IMG/VR virus record: IMGVR_UViG_3300021256_000011
Coordinates: 8,789-72,788 of that record
Source of the DNA: a virus
Lineage: Duplodnaviria; Caudoviricetes
Direction: 5' to 3' (one strand)
Length of the DNA: 64,000 nt
Positions 16,681-25,896 of this stretch are shown piece by piece (within the stretch, counting starts at the first letter, position 1; each line of letters starts with the position of its first letter). The position numbers were made by a program, and so were the translations under genes. The notes below the pieces were generated by a model. That model did no database searches and was not told the DNA's origin. It saw only the letters and a list, made by a program, of their open reading frames with translations.

Positions 16681-17213
16681 TCAGCCCTCCCTACTACCGG
16701 TGTTACATCATACACAATAACCCAGGGGTTCAACAGGTACGGCACCTTCGACACCTTGTCGAAATACCACCTGAAGATAACCCTCCAGTCCAGATCCGAG
16801 CCGCCGCAGTCGCCGCCGAACATGTAATACCCCGCAGGATTCTTATGGACGCCCATCTTCAGGACATCCTCCTCGGTCAAATCCTGGACGCGCACGCAGC
16901 GAACACCCTCTATCACTACACGATGCGGCATATAAGCCGGGTTCACCCTGGACTTATCCCTCCAGCCAGGAGTTTTCCCAAACACGTCCTGGTCCAGCCC
17001 GGCCTTCTGGTAACTCATCGCGACGGAAACGGACTCGCCGACAGCCCAACGGGTATGCACCCTCTCACCATCGCTGAACTCATAGTACCTTCCGTCCTCT
17101 TTGACCGAATCCTTCCCGGTAGCATCAACAACCCTACCCATTAAGATACCAATCTCTCCCGCGAGAAACTTGCTCGTGAGACAAAACTTGTCGTCTAAAC
17201 ACACTTTCTTCAT
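16677..17213 (-). CDS. ASCH/PUA-like phage protein
   Basis: MPHRVVIEGVRCVRVQDLTEED...NPWVIVYD pattern. Confidence 0.55.
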   Translation of the reverse strand: MKKVCLDDKFCLTSKFLAGEIGILMGRVVDATGKDSVKEDGRYYEFSDGERVHTRWAVGESVSVAMSYQKAGLDQDVFGKTPGWRDKSRVNPAYMPHRVVIEGVRCVRVQDLTEEDVLKMGVHKNPAGYYMFGGDCGGSDLDWRVIFRWYFDKVSKVPYLLNPWVIVYDVTPVVGRAE

Positions 17214-17283
17214 ACTCTAATAGTTTTAATTTTCGGCAAAAATAAAAACAACTTTTCAAAAACGCAAATTTTTCTCGCAATCA

Positions 17284-17600
17284 ATGTAGTTCTGTGTAGT
17301 TTGTGTAGTTCCATTTTTCACAACTACATTACAACTACATCTCGCTGAGCCATAAGCGGTTATACCCCGTTTTGGGCCCCAAAATCGACCAAAAATGTAG
17401 TTGTCTTCCTATGGAGGCTCTAGAGTTTTCCTTTTAATATCTTATGTTTCCAAAAACCTACCACATTCCATTCCATAAATTCATACCTTACTACATAACT
17501 ACACATATCCTCACAAACTACACATAATCAACATATTTAACAATGTAGTTCGCAATGTAGGCGGTACACTTATGGACGGAAAGGCTACATCTGACTACAT
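17284..17600. repeat. Cluster of about 13 TGTAG/CTACA short repeats in both orientations (iteron-like)
   Basis: Counted by eye, e.g. TGTAGTT x3 at 17285-17310, AACTACA x2 at 17322-17339, more copies to 17600. Confidence 0.7.
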
Positions 17601-17919
17601 TCGACCAGGACCGCTCAGCTACGGCCCTATATATACGCGCGCGCGAGAAAAAATCGCAAAAAAAAATTTCAGAATCCCACCACAGCGTTGCGTTTCGTGT
17701 CGCTCCCAGCCCCTCGGTGCCCTTGTAAACTTTTGACGCTTAAAACCTTACATTTGTGAAACGGACGGCACACAAGCGCAAGAAAGTAAAGCCGTATCAA
17801 TTTATATCGTGCGCGATGTTCCACGGAATGTTCCACACATTGCGCCAAAACATTGCGCAAGCTCATGTGTGTGTGGGTGTGCTATTAAGGTAGTACACGC
17901 TGTGTACGGCACGGGAATA

Positions 17920-18246
17920 TAAGTATTTGAATATCAATAAGTTATGCGTAAAGTATTGATAGTCAGTGCTTTATGTTTAGAGGATGTGAGTTTAGTGTAT
18001 TAGTGTGCTAATACAGTGGCTGTATATGTTGTATATAGGTATACGCGTGTGTGTGCGTATGTGTATGTGTATTTTTGCGTAAATTGTTGATTATCAAGCA
18101 TTTAAGTTTTTAAAATAATTTATTTGCATTTTCTCACAAAATAGTGATTAAGTTTTTATAATTCATTGATTATTAATGTGTTACGGCTAAAATTTTTTTC
18201 GTTATTTTTTCTTTGTTTGTATAAGTATTTGATATTCAGGCGTTTA
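17920..18246. repeat. Five 25-bp spaced palindromes TAA-N5-TGA-N3-TCA-N5-TTA
   Basis: Copies start at 17920, 17949, 18080, 18159 (one mismatch) and 18222. Confidence 0.8.
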
Positions 18247-18305
18247 TATAAAAGTCAATTTGGAATATTTCTAAAATAATATTTGTATAGTATTAAAAAC
18301 CGCCG

Positions 18306-18313
18306 TATCTTTG
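18306..18313 (+). promoter_or_regulatory. Bacteroidota-type -7 promoter box for the rightward early region
   Basis: TATCTTTG upstream of the first plus-strand gene. Confidence 0.65.
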
Positions 18314-18383
18314 CATTAGAGAAAGGGAAAAAGAAACACTCTTTCAGATTTTAAAAACTTTTAACAATTAAATTTATAACATT

Positions 18384-18788
18384 ATGAAAAACACTATTTT
18401 TAACGGAATTGAGAACATGACTAAAAAAGAGATTATTGTCGCACGTTCAACCGCAAAGAAAGAGATCCGCACAACGCTTGCAGATTTTGCGCTATCACTT
18501 GAAAGTGCATACAAACAATTAACTGCAACGGGTTCAACTTGCAGAAATAGCGCAAACGCTTGCAAAGGGACTTATAAAACAGCCGTTTTGGTTGTTGCAA
18601 ATTGTTACCCGTACCAAACAAAAACGGGTGAACTTTGCACCAAAACAAAGGACGGGTTTAAAATCAAAAATTTGAAAGGGACTGCAACGGCTTACAGCGT
18701 TGTGAAAACGGCTGTTTGCAATTTCATAGACTGGAAAACAGGACGTAAAACCGAATTAGTTCAAATTGTTGAACCCATAACCGAATAA
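18384..18788 (+). CDS. Hypothetical basic protein (first early gene)
   Basis: 134-aa K/T-rich ORF with A-rich leader. Confidence 0.7.
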   Translation: MKNTIFNGIENMTKKEIIVARSTAKKEIRTTLADFALSLESAYKQLTATGSTCRNSANACKGTYKTAVLVVANCYPYQTKTGELCTKTKDGFKIKNLKGTATAYSVVKTAVCNFIDWKTGRKTELVQIVEPITE

Positions 18789-18924
18789 CGGAAACACCTC
18801 AACCCGTGCACGGGTGAAACTTTGCACGGGTTCACTAAATCGGACTTTTTAGAACTGCAAGAATTTTCGAAAGGGACTGCAAGCAATTGCACGAACAAGA
18901 CAGAACCTATTGCACGACTAAAAC

Positions 18925-19430
18925 AGGCGGACGGTACGAGTGCGGAGGCCGTCTAACAAATAGAAAAACCGACACAGCCCGACTCTGGGAACGGCTGGGA
19001 TAAGTACGCCCTTTCCGGAACTGGCAAACGAACGAAAGCAACGGCCGAACGGCCTGCGCTGACTGACTGAGCCACGCCCGAACGAGAGCGGAAAAAAGAC
19101 TTCATGAAACAGGGGGAGGGCGCACGAAACGGGGGAGAAAATCCGGATTAGTGCCAAGAATAGAATTAGTGTAGGCATCCAAGAGCGATGTGGCCCGAAA
19201 CGAAAGAAGAAGGGCGAATGACGCGAAGACGGGAGTAAGTCCGAACTAGTGGTATAAATAGCGACCTATTGTGTTATGCCGATGACAAGGAACGACACAA
19301 TAGGGTAAACCGAAACAACAAACAACGAGCGAGGAGGGAGCCGAAGATCCCGAATTGCAATTTATCGGCCTGGGCTGGGCGACACCGGCTCAGGCTGCCA
19401 AGTATTAACCAAACGACCGCCGAAGGAGGG
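18925..19430 (+). ncRNA. Candidate large structured ncRNA
   Basis: About 500 nt with no convincing plus-strand ORF; many stems (CCTATTGTGTT/AACGACACAATAGG, CGCCCT/AGGGCG, CAGCC/GGCTG) with A-rich linkers. Confidence 0.4.
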
Positions 19431-19438
19431 CGGAGGGT

Positions 19439-19747
19439 ATGAATTACTGGGAAAATAAGCAGCGAAACGCTGACCGAATCAACGAGGCGTATTGTGCCCG
19501 CCTGAAGAGGCACGAAGAACAGCAGAAGGCCGAGCGGATGGCTTGGTATGCCGAGCGGTTCCCGAAGGACCAGCGAATCGTTTACCGTGGCTATGGTTTA
19601 GTGACGGATAACCATGGCTATACATGGACGATCGCAGGCCTTGGTTACGCTGGATTGCTTGGACTGAGAGAGGCCAAGCGAGCCGTGGACGACTATTTCC
19701 GTGCAGTTAATGCACAGAAGAGGTTTGAAGAACTGGCAGAGTTATAG
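19439..19747 (+). CDS. Hypothetical protein
   Basis: 102-aa ORF. Confidence 0.65.
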   Translation: MNYWENKQRNADRINEAYCARLKRHEEQQKAERMAWYAERFPKDQRIVYRGYGLVTDNHGYTWTIAGLGYAGLLGLREAKRAVDDYFRAVNAQKRFEELAEL

Positions 19748-19759
19748 GAGGGCTGAACG

Positions 19760-19936
19760 ATGAAGTACCGACTTAACGCGATGGCAGCATTTGCTGTAAA
19801 TATCGAGATTGAGGCGAACAGCCGTGAAGAGGCGTTTGCCGAGTACGACCGACTGCGCGAACGGGGCGAATTGTCCTGGCAGTTCGTGGGCACTATGGAC
19901 GTCAACTGCGACGAGATAACCAATAACAACAATTAA
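19760..19936 (+). CDS. Small protein resembling DpnD/PcfM-like family
   Basis: My translation MKYRLNAMAAFAVNIEIEANSREEAFAEY (58 aa). Confidence 0.5.
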   Translation: MKYRLNAMAAFAVNIEIEANSREEAFAEYDRLRERGELSWQFVGTMDVNCDEITNNNN

Positions 19937-20100
19937 ATCCGGGGACGGGGATAACCGAACGGACCGAGCAATGGCACGAATAGTTAAGTTAGTACCCTGG
20001 GGCGAGGAGGTATTGACCGACTGGCTCCCGATTAAGCAGATAGTAAGAGAGTACCGGACGAGGTGGATGGGATGTATAATCATAATAAAGAAGTAGCAAA

Positions 20101-20334
20101 ATGAAAACAGCAAAAGTGAACGCGGGTGATGTGCTTATCAGCCTGCCCGTTGAGTATTTGGATCAGCAGACCTCGATTAGCAGCGTATTTGACGATGTGC
20201 CGATTGAGAGCGTGGACATGGACGCCTTGATTGAGTCGAACAAGTACGGCGTTGCCTGGTATTACAAGAATTTAGGAGAGCGGAAGGTGCTGCACATCAG
20301 CGTACCGACCGAGTTAATCAAGTGGGAGGAGTAG
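20101..20334 (+). CDS. Hypothetical protein
   Basis: 77-aa ORF. Confidence 0.6.
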   Translation: MKTAKVNAGDVLISLPVEYLDQQTSISSVFDDVPIESVDMDALIESNKYGVAWYYKNLGERKVLHISVPTELIKWEE

Positions 20335-20647
20335 GCGATGAACAAGAAGAGAGTGAAGAGCGCAGCGAAGGCCGTTGCGACCGGCATCATCATTGCGGAA
20401 CTGGCTATCTTGGACTATGTAGCGGTTCAGTTGACGAGGGGCATCGAGATTGAGTACAACCTGGACGAGTTGGAGGGAGCGGAAGAGGTAGCGATGAAGG
20501 ACATGGAGGGCGAGTGATGTTCTGGTTAATATGCATTGCGGTTGTGGCTGCCGTGAACAGCTGGGCCGGCAAGAGCGAGTAGTGACGGGCCTGGGGAGCT
20601 GATGACTGCCCGGGCCTGCAAAGTATAAACCAATAAAGGAAAACGAT

Positions 20648-21067
20648 ATGGAAACTTACAAGAATTTTGGTGTTGTTATCAACCACCCTGCTTTTGGACG
20701 AATTAGGTCAGAAGCTAAATTTGACGGGGAGAATGTGGAGTTTGGAGAAGGTGCGCACACTGTTAGACTGCACATTTCGTATGCAATCAAGCGCGACATG
20801 AAGCGGTTTGAGGAGATGAACGAAGGTCTCAAACCGACCGACAAGGATTACATCGACATTTCGACAATGGAACTATTTGACGTAAATGTGGACGGGCAAT
20901 TTGTGAACCTGCGCTATGTGTTTGAGGAGAATTGGTATGACGGGAAGAAATGCGGAGGAAGGTGCGCAAATGGCGATATGTATAAGTGGTACCAGAGTAG
21001 TGATGACAAACGGCTATTCAACGTATCAAGGCCGGTTTTTGGAGTTGACGCTTTCGTGGCATGGTAA
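20648..21067 (+). CDS. Hypothetical protein
   Basis: 139-aa ORF. Confidence 0.7.
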   Translation: METYKNFGVVINHPAFGRIRSEAKFDGENVEFGEGAHTVRLHISYAIKRDMKRFEEMNEGLKPTDKDYIDISTMELFDVNVDGQFVNLRYVFEENWYDGKKCGGRCANGDMYKWYQSSDDKRLFNVSRPVFGVDAFVAW

Positions 21068-21086
21068 TGAATAGGAGGAACAAAAA

Positions 21087-21434
21087 ATGAAAACGATTGA
21101 GTTTTTTAAGCGAAAAGGATACAATCCGGCAGTTGATACGATTGGCGGAGAGGTTATGATGGACGGGATATGTGTAGGCGAGTGGAACGGTAGAACAAAC
21201 TATGTTTTATTCAAAGGCGGCGATGACAGTGAGCATTACGGCCAGAAGCATTTCGACTCTCTGGATGAGTGCGCAAAATGGATTGCCGGGTGCGGTCGGT
21301 ATGACCACGACTATGAACGGAACGACGGTGCTTTGTGTTACTATTTTAACACAAAAACGGGATACGACCACATTTCTAACTATCTGAAGCATTTCCCACT
21401 TATAGAGAAATACACTATTGAGATTGAGGCGTAA
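21087..21434 (+). CDS. Hypothetical protein
   Basis: 115-aa ORF. Confidence 0.7.
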   Translation: MKTIEFFKRKGYNPAVDTIGGEVMMDGICVGEWNGRTNYVLFKGGDDSEHYGQKHFDSLDECAKWIAGCGRYDHDYERNDGALCYYFNTKTGYDHISNYLKHFPLIEKYTIEIEA

Positions 21435-21460
21435 GGACAACGAATAAAAAATTAACGATT

Positions 21461-22300
21461 ATGGGTTACAGTAATTATGATGTCGCTCACCGCTGGATGA
21501 GCGGCCAGGGTGTTCGTTGCCAAGGCAGTAATATGTTTTTCGAGGGCGACGTGATTTATTCTTACGGCTATCATTTCGTGATTGCCCGCAAATGGAATGG
21601 TGTTATCCTGTGGAATGACGACACCTATAGCAACAGCACGAGCAAGCATCAGGGTTATGTACGTAGTGCGGCCTGGGGTAAGTTGGTTGATTGTGCGGTA
21701 CTCAAGGATGGTGTGGACCCGGCGAGTAACCGGTTCTACGAGGAGAATATGAAGATGTGGGCCGAGAAGATTCAAGACATCATCGAGTCCAAGTTGTCGA
21801 AGGCTCGCAAGCCGGAGAAGTACTTCAACGAGATTCTGACCATCGTAGACAAGGCCGAGCGGCTGTGCGAGGTTCTTGACCGCAAGTTACCGAAGGAACT
21901 GAAGGCTTACAGGGATAACACCTTAAGCCGTGACGAGTTGGTCAAGAAGGTGCAGGAGGACGCCAAGAAGAGGGCGGCTGCGGCTGAACGCAAGCGCAAG
22001 AAGGCCGAGAAGGAGGCTATTGAGAGGTTCCTTGAGGGCAAGACTCGATATGCGAACACCAAGTATCAGATTTGCAGGCTGAATACGGAGAAGAACCGGT
22101 TTGAGACATCGCTGGGCGTCGAGATCCCGTTTGAGATTGGTCGCAGGTTCTACGAGCAACTGAAGGCCGGAGTGGTCAAGGTGGGCGACAAACTGCTGTA
22201 TTACACTGTGCGCCACATCGGCAAGGAGATAGAAATAGGATGCCACACGTTCGAGCGTAAGTACCTTATGGAATATGGTAAGAAAGTGTTTAACAATTAA
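21461..22300 (+). CDS. Conserved-looking phage early protein of unknown function
   Basis: IYSYGYHFVIA...YSNSTSKHQ motif, central coiled coil. Confidence 0.75.
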   Translation: MGYSNYDVAHRWMSGQGVRCQGSNMFFEGDVIYSYGYHFVIARKWNGVILWNDDTYSNSTSKHQGYVRSAAWGKLVDCAVLKDGVDPASNRFYEENMKMWAEKIQDIIESKLSKARKPEKYFNEILTIVDKAERLCEVLDRKLPKELKAYRDNTLSRDELVKKVQEDAKKRAAAAERKRKKAEKEAIERFLEGKTRYANTKYQICRLNTEKNRFETSLGVEIPFEIGRRFYEQLKAGVVKVGDKLLYYTVRHIGKEIEIGCHTFERKYLMEYGKKVFNN

Positions 22301-22313
22301 AACGAGACGACAT

Positions 22314-22580
22314 ATGAAAGCAATTGAATTGATTAAGACCTTGTTCGACGGTTGGCTGAACCTCGAGCAGGGCGGAGTATTCACGATGGCCCCGGAAACG
22401 GACGAGCAGTTTGTGCAGCGGTTTTTCGGGGAGCATCGCGTGATTAGCGGAAAGTTGGTCGAGGGTGAGTATGTGTACTTCTATGGTCCGGAGCACGACA
22501 AGTTAGTGGTTGACTATCCGCCGGACGTGGTTCTCGTGACGAAGGACGACGAGAGCATAATGTTGTGGAGGGTTGAGTAA
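22314..22580 (+). CDS. Hypothetical protein
   Basis: ORF in operon, start MKAIEL. Confidence 0.6.
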   Translation: MKAIELIKTLFDGWLNLEQGGVFTMAPETDEQFVQRFFGEHRVISGKLVEGEYVYFYGPEHDKLVVDYPPDVVLVTKDDESIMLWRVE

Positions 22581-22840
22581 TGGAACGGATTTTCATCTAC
22601 AAGAGCGATGAGGGTTGCAGGAAAGGCTGTCACCCGGTCATTGAGCTATGGGCTGCAAGGCGTGGTGTGATTAACGAGATTCGCGTGTTCAGCGTGGACG
22701 AGCCGGGCGCATGGTTCGATGATTGCTGGAACTGCCATGTGGACGGTATGGACTTCGAGTGTGCGACCAGGGAGGATGCGATTGAGAAGGGCCTTAGCCA
22801 TTACGGGTATAACGATAACTATAAAATGTATTACGAATGA
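22580..22840 (+). CDS. Hypothetical protein
   Basis: Coupled stop/start. Confidence 0.65.
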   Translation: MERIFIYKSDEGCRKGCHPVIELWAARRGVINEIRVFSVDEPGAWFDDCWNCHVDGMDFECATREDAIEKGLSHYGYNDNYKMYYE

Positions 22841-23097
22841 AAACAATGAAACAAGTGCTGGCCGAGTTCCAGCGGATGCAGAAGCAGCTGATTTGCGACG
22901 GAGTGGTCGAGATCTATGTGTACCGCGACGGGACGTATTGGGCCATTAGGGTCCAGAGGGTAACCTTCACGGACAACCACGAAGTCAAGACACGCGACTA
23001 TGTCGAGTGGACCCATTACTCCGTACAGGACGAAGAGGATGAGCAGGATAACAAGGAGCGGCTGGCGGAGTTCAAGGCGAAGTTTAACCTTAAATAG
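22837..23097 (+). CDS. Hypothetical protein
   Basis: ATGA overlap. Confidence 0.65.
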   Translation: MKTMKQVLAEFQRMQKQLICDGVVEIYVYRDGTYWAIRVQRVTFTDNHEVKTRDYVEWTHYSVQDEEDEQDNKERLAEFKAKFNLK

Positions 23098-23105
23098 GAC
23101 TAGAT

Positions 23106-23492
23106 ATGTGGCAAATAGATTATGCAATGCAGGCTGCTGAGCAAATCAGTCGGCTTGGTTTCCGAGTGTTCGTGAAAAAGAATATGAGCACTTACGGTTT
23201 TTTCTCTGACGGCAAGGGAATAGGATATTTTCAGGCGAACTTTGACGGGATCGGCATCACGACCGTGAACGCCAAGGGGAGTGCTTGCAGCGGTTATTCG
23301 GTAAAGGGCGAGGAACCGGGGTACCTACTTAATGAGCTGACTCCCGATATCCTGCGCCAGGCGTTTGTGGCGTATCCGTCCTGGGTGCGTCCCTTTGATG
23401 CAAAGTTTGTCAAGAAGTACCGCGACCTTGAACACTTCCTGTCCGAGTATTGGGACAAAGATAATCTTATTGAGTATGAGAGCACAAATTAA
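23106..23492 (+). CDS. Hypothetical protein
   Basis: 128-aa ORF. Confidence 0.7.
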   Translation: MWQIDYAMQAAEQISRLGFRVFVKKNMSTYGFFSDGKGIGYFQANFDGIGITTVNAKGSACSGYSVKGEEPGYLLNELTPDILRQAFVAYPSWVRPFDAKFVKKYRDLEHFLSEYWDKDNLIEYESTN

Positions 23493-23727
23493 CCACGGCA
23501 AGCGGGGTGTCAAGATAGACACCCTACTGAAGATGTACGAGATGACCTATCCGCAGGACTACTACGACTATATCATCCAGTCGTATGAGTACGGGCACAT
23601 GGACCAGGTCATCAGTTTGTTTAACTGCATGAAGGGCGAGCAGCAGAAGAGCTTCCTTATGAATGTAAACCACATGGGCTACATCAAGGGAGAGCGCCTG
23701 CACGACTTCATCATAAGCAATTTGTAG
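23476..23727 (+). CDS. Hypothetical protein
   Basis: Start MRAQIN. Confidence 0.6.
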   Translation: MRAQINHGKRGVKIDTLLKMYEMTYPQDYYDYIIQSYEYGHMDQVISLFNCMKGEQQKSFLMNVNHMGYIKGERLHDFIISNL

Positions 23728-23729
23728 CC

Positions 23730-23942
23730 ATGGTACCGAACTACAAGGAACTGGACGAATTGTGCCGGTCAAGCATTGAGGACTATGACGAGAAAGTGAG
23801 CATCGCGTGGGGTTACATGGACCGCATGCGGTGCCCGCTGAGTATGGCTTTCCCAGAGCTTTATGACGAGATAGTCGAAGTCCTGGAGGATAACGAAATA
23901 GATTGGGAAAACTTAGATATAGAGGAGATTATATCATGTTAA
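23730..23942 (+). CDS. Hypothetical acidic protein
   Basis: 70-aa ORF. Confidence 0.6.
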   Translation: MVPNYKELDELCRSSIEDYDEKVSIAWGYMDRMRCPLSMAFPELYDEIVEVLEDNEIDWENLDIEEIISC

Positions 23943-24141
23943 TGAGGTGGGCGATACAAGAGGCGGTTTACAGAAACGATTTAAAGGTTTACGGAAATGA
24001 TTCCAGAGAGCGACGTGTGGGCAGTGATTCACAAGATCGAGTCGGCCACGAAACGGGACGGGTTGGAGGACCTGTCGAAACAAGAGTTGTGTAACCTGCT
24101 GAGAGATGTGTATGACATGCTCGGCGCAATAGTGATGTGAA

Positions 24142-24438
24142 ATGAAAAAGAAATTCATGGCGATGGGCTTGACCTTAGCCCTGGCGACAGACTTTGCGTG
24201 GTTGGTCAGCTGCGCAACGAGCAATGCGGAGTACGGATACGGAGTGAGGGAGTTGTTCAGAAGCAATGCGACCGCAAGAGACTTAATGGAGATTTCCGGG
24301 CACCGGATGCAACACATGATTGAGCTGGCCGGTCTGGTCGGTTGGAACATCGCAGCGGAGGACATGGGAGAGGCGAACGCGAAGATGCGGGAGTTCGAGG
24401 AAGAGGCTATTAAACAAGGATATATCATAATGGATTAA
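24142..24438 (+). CDS. Hypothetical protein
   Basis: 98-aa ORF. Confidence 0.6.
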   Translation: MKKKFMAMGLTLALATDFAWLVSCATSNAEYGYGVRELFRSNATARDLMEISGHRMQHMIELAGLVGWNIAAEDMGEANAKMREFEEEAIKQGYIIMD

Positions 24439-24450
24439 AGGAAAATAATT

Positions 24451-24975
24451 ATGGGATGGGATTATCATCACGAGGTAGCACCTTACGATAGAAGGGCTAT
24501 CTGCCGAAGCAACATCGGCAACGGATACGAGGTTGTCAAGGACGCTGTTGTCGGGACAACTTATTATGCAGCGGTAAAGAGTCCGCACGACGGGAGCATC
24601 AGCGCGGTCGTCATTCTTACTCATATCGACCGTGGCGGTTGGTGTAACTTCGGAATGAAGTTCATAGATGAGGACATGGGACCGTTGCACTATGACTGCC
24701 CGGAGTCTATACTGAAGGAACTCAGCCCGACTGGCAATAGTTACGCTCTGGAGTGGAGAGCGAAGTGCAGGGAGAAGCGGCAGGCAAAGCGAGAGAATGT
24801 ACTCGTGAAGGCTCCGATAGGGAGCAAGTTGAAAGTGACGCTGAAGACCGGCGTTGAGCGGATTGTGACGAAGCAGGCGCCAAACTTTCAGTTCAAGAGT
24901 TGGTGGCTCCTGGTTGAGGGGGCGCTGACCTATATTCCAAGAAACAGAGTTGAAAAAGCGGAGGTAGTGTTATGA
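24451..24975 (+). CDS. DUF6927-like protein
   Basis: FGMKFIDEDMGPLHYDCPESIL...ALEWRAKC. Confidence 0.7.
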   Translation: MGWDYHHEVAPYDRRAICRSNIGNGYEVVKDAVVGTTYYAAVKSPHDGSISAVVILTHIDRGGWCNFGMKFIDEDMGPLHYDCPESILKELSPTGNSYALEWRAKCREKRQAKRENVLVKAPIGSKLKVTLKTGVERIVTKQAPNFQFKSWWLLVEGALTYIPRNRVEKAEVVL

Positions 24976-25135
24976 GAGTCGCAGTATTAGACTACACAAC
25001 GGGGAATGTCGATGTGTTTGACGCCCCGGAGCATGTCGGACCGTCTGACATGGAAGAATATCTCATTAAAGAGAAAGGTTATGTGCACACCAGCATCGAA
25101 TGGATGTGCGGAGTTTCAAAAGTAAACATTGAGCT

Positions 25136-25420
25136 ATGACAATCAGCCTATTCAACGCAGAACGCTTGCGTTATGGTCGCGACTATGCGATAACAATCAA
25201 CGGAAAGAAGTACAAGGGCATCCTTTACGAGGACTGCAGGATAACCGAGGTGTACCGGAAGGGCCTGCACACATACGGCATGCGCCATCCAGATGACGAC
25301 ATGAGCGTACCGGCCACGGTATGCCCTGGGTATCCGATGGTCAACTTCTTCGGAACATTCGTAACTAACAAGCCGCTTCCTATTGAGGAGGAAACGGAGA
25401 TAGAATCATGGGAGGAATAA
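25136..25420 (+). CDS. LPD28-like (large polyvalent protein-associated) domain protein
   Basis: YGMRHPDDD..PATV...VNFFGTFVTNKPL. Confidence 0.65.
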   Translation: MTISLFNAERLRYGRDYAITINGKKYKGILYEDCRITEVYRKGLHTYGMRHPDDDMSVPATVCPGYPMVNFFGTFVTNKPLPIEEETEIESWEE

Positions 25421-25725
25421 CTATGACGATCTTAGCATTCTGGCCGGTAGGCTATATGGGAGAAAACATTCCCGAGCGTGACACTTTCGACTGCGTAACC
25501 CACGAAGAAGCATTCAAGGAACTCTGGGAAAAACGCAAAAAGTGGAATGTAAGATTCTACGATATGGAGTCCTTCATCCTCGATGATGCTCACGGTCTTC
25601 GCCGGCACTTTGGCGTTGCGGACGAATTCGAGGAAGACTACAACAACGAAGAACTTGACGGAGGATATTGGTGCAAGGCACTACTCGTTCCGTCGGATTA
25701 TGTTAAACAAGTAATAGGAGAGTAA
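25408..25725 (+). CDS. Hypothetical protein
   Basis: 105-aa ORF. Confidence 0.65.
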   Translation: MGGITMTILAFWPVGYMGENIPERDTFDCVTHEEAFKELWEKRKKWNVRFYDMESFILDDAHGLRRHFGVADEFEEDYNNEELDGGYWCKALLVPSDYVKQVIGE

Positions 25726-25896
25726 CATGGCAACATTCAAATTTGAAGCGACAATCTATGTGCAGGATGTGGAGACCGCACAAGATGCAATCAATGCACT
25801 GCAGACGGCGCTCGATGACTACGAGGATATGAACCCTGGTGGCGCGACAATCGTTATCCATCACGAAGAACCGAAACTGTTTGAGGAGGACTAACA

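Noticed and set aside
20595-20640. Hammerhead ribozyme (CTGATGA core present)
   Set aside because: No stem II followed by GAAA in the required position.
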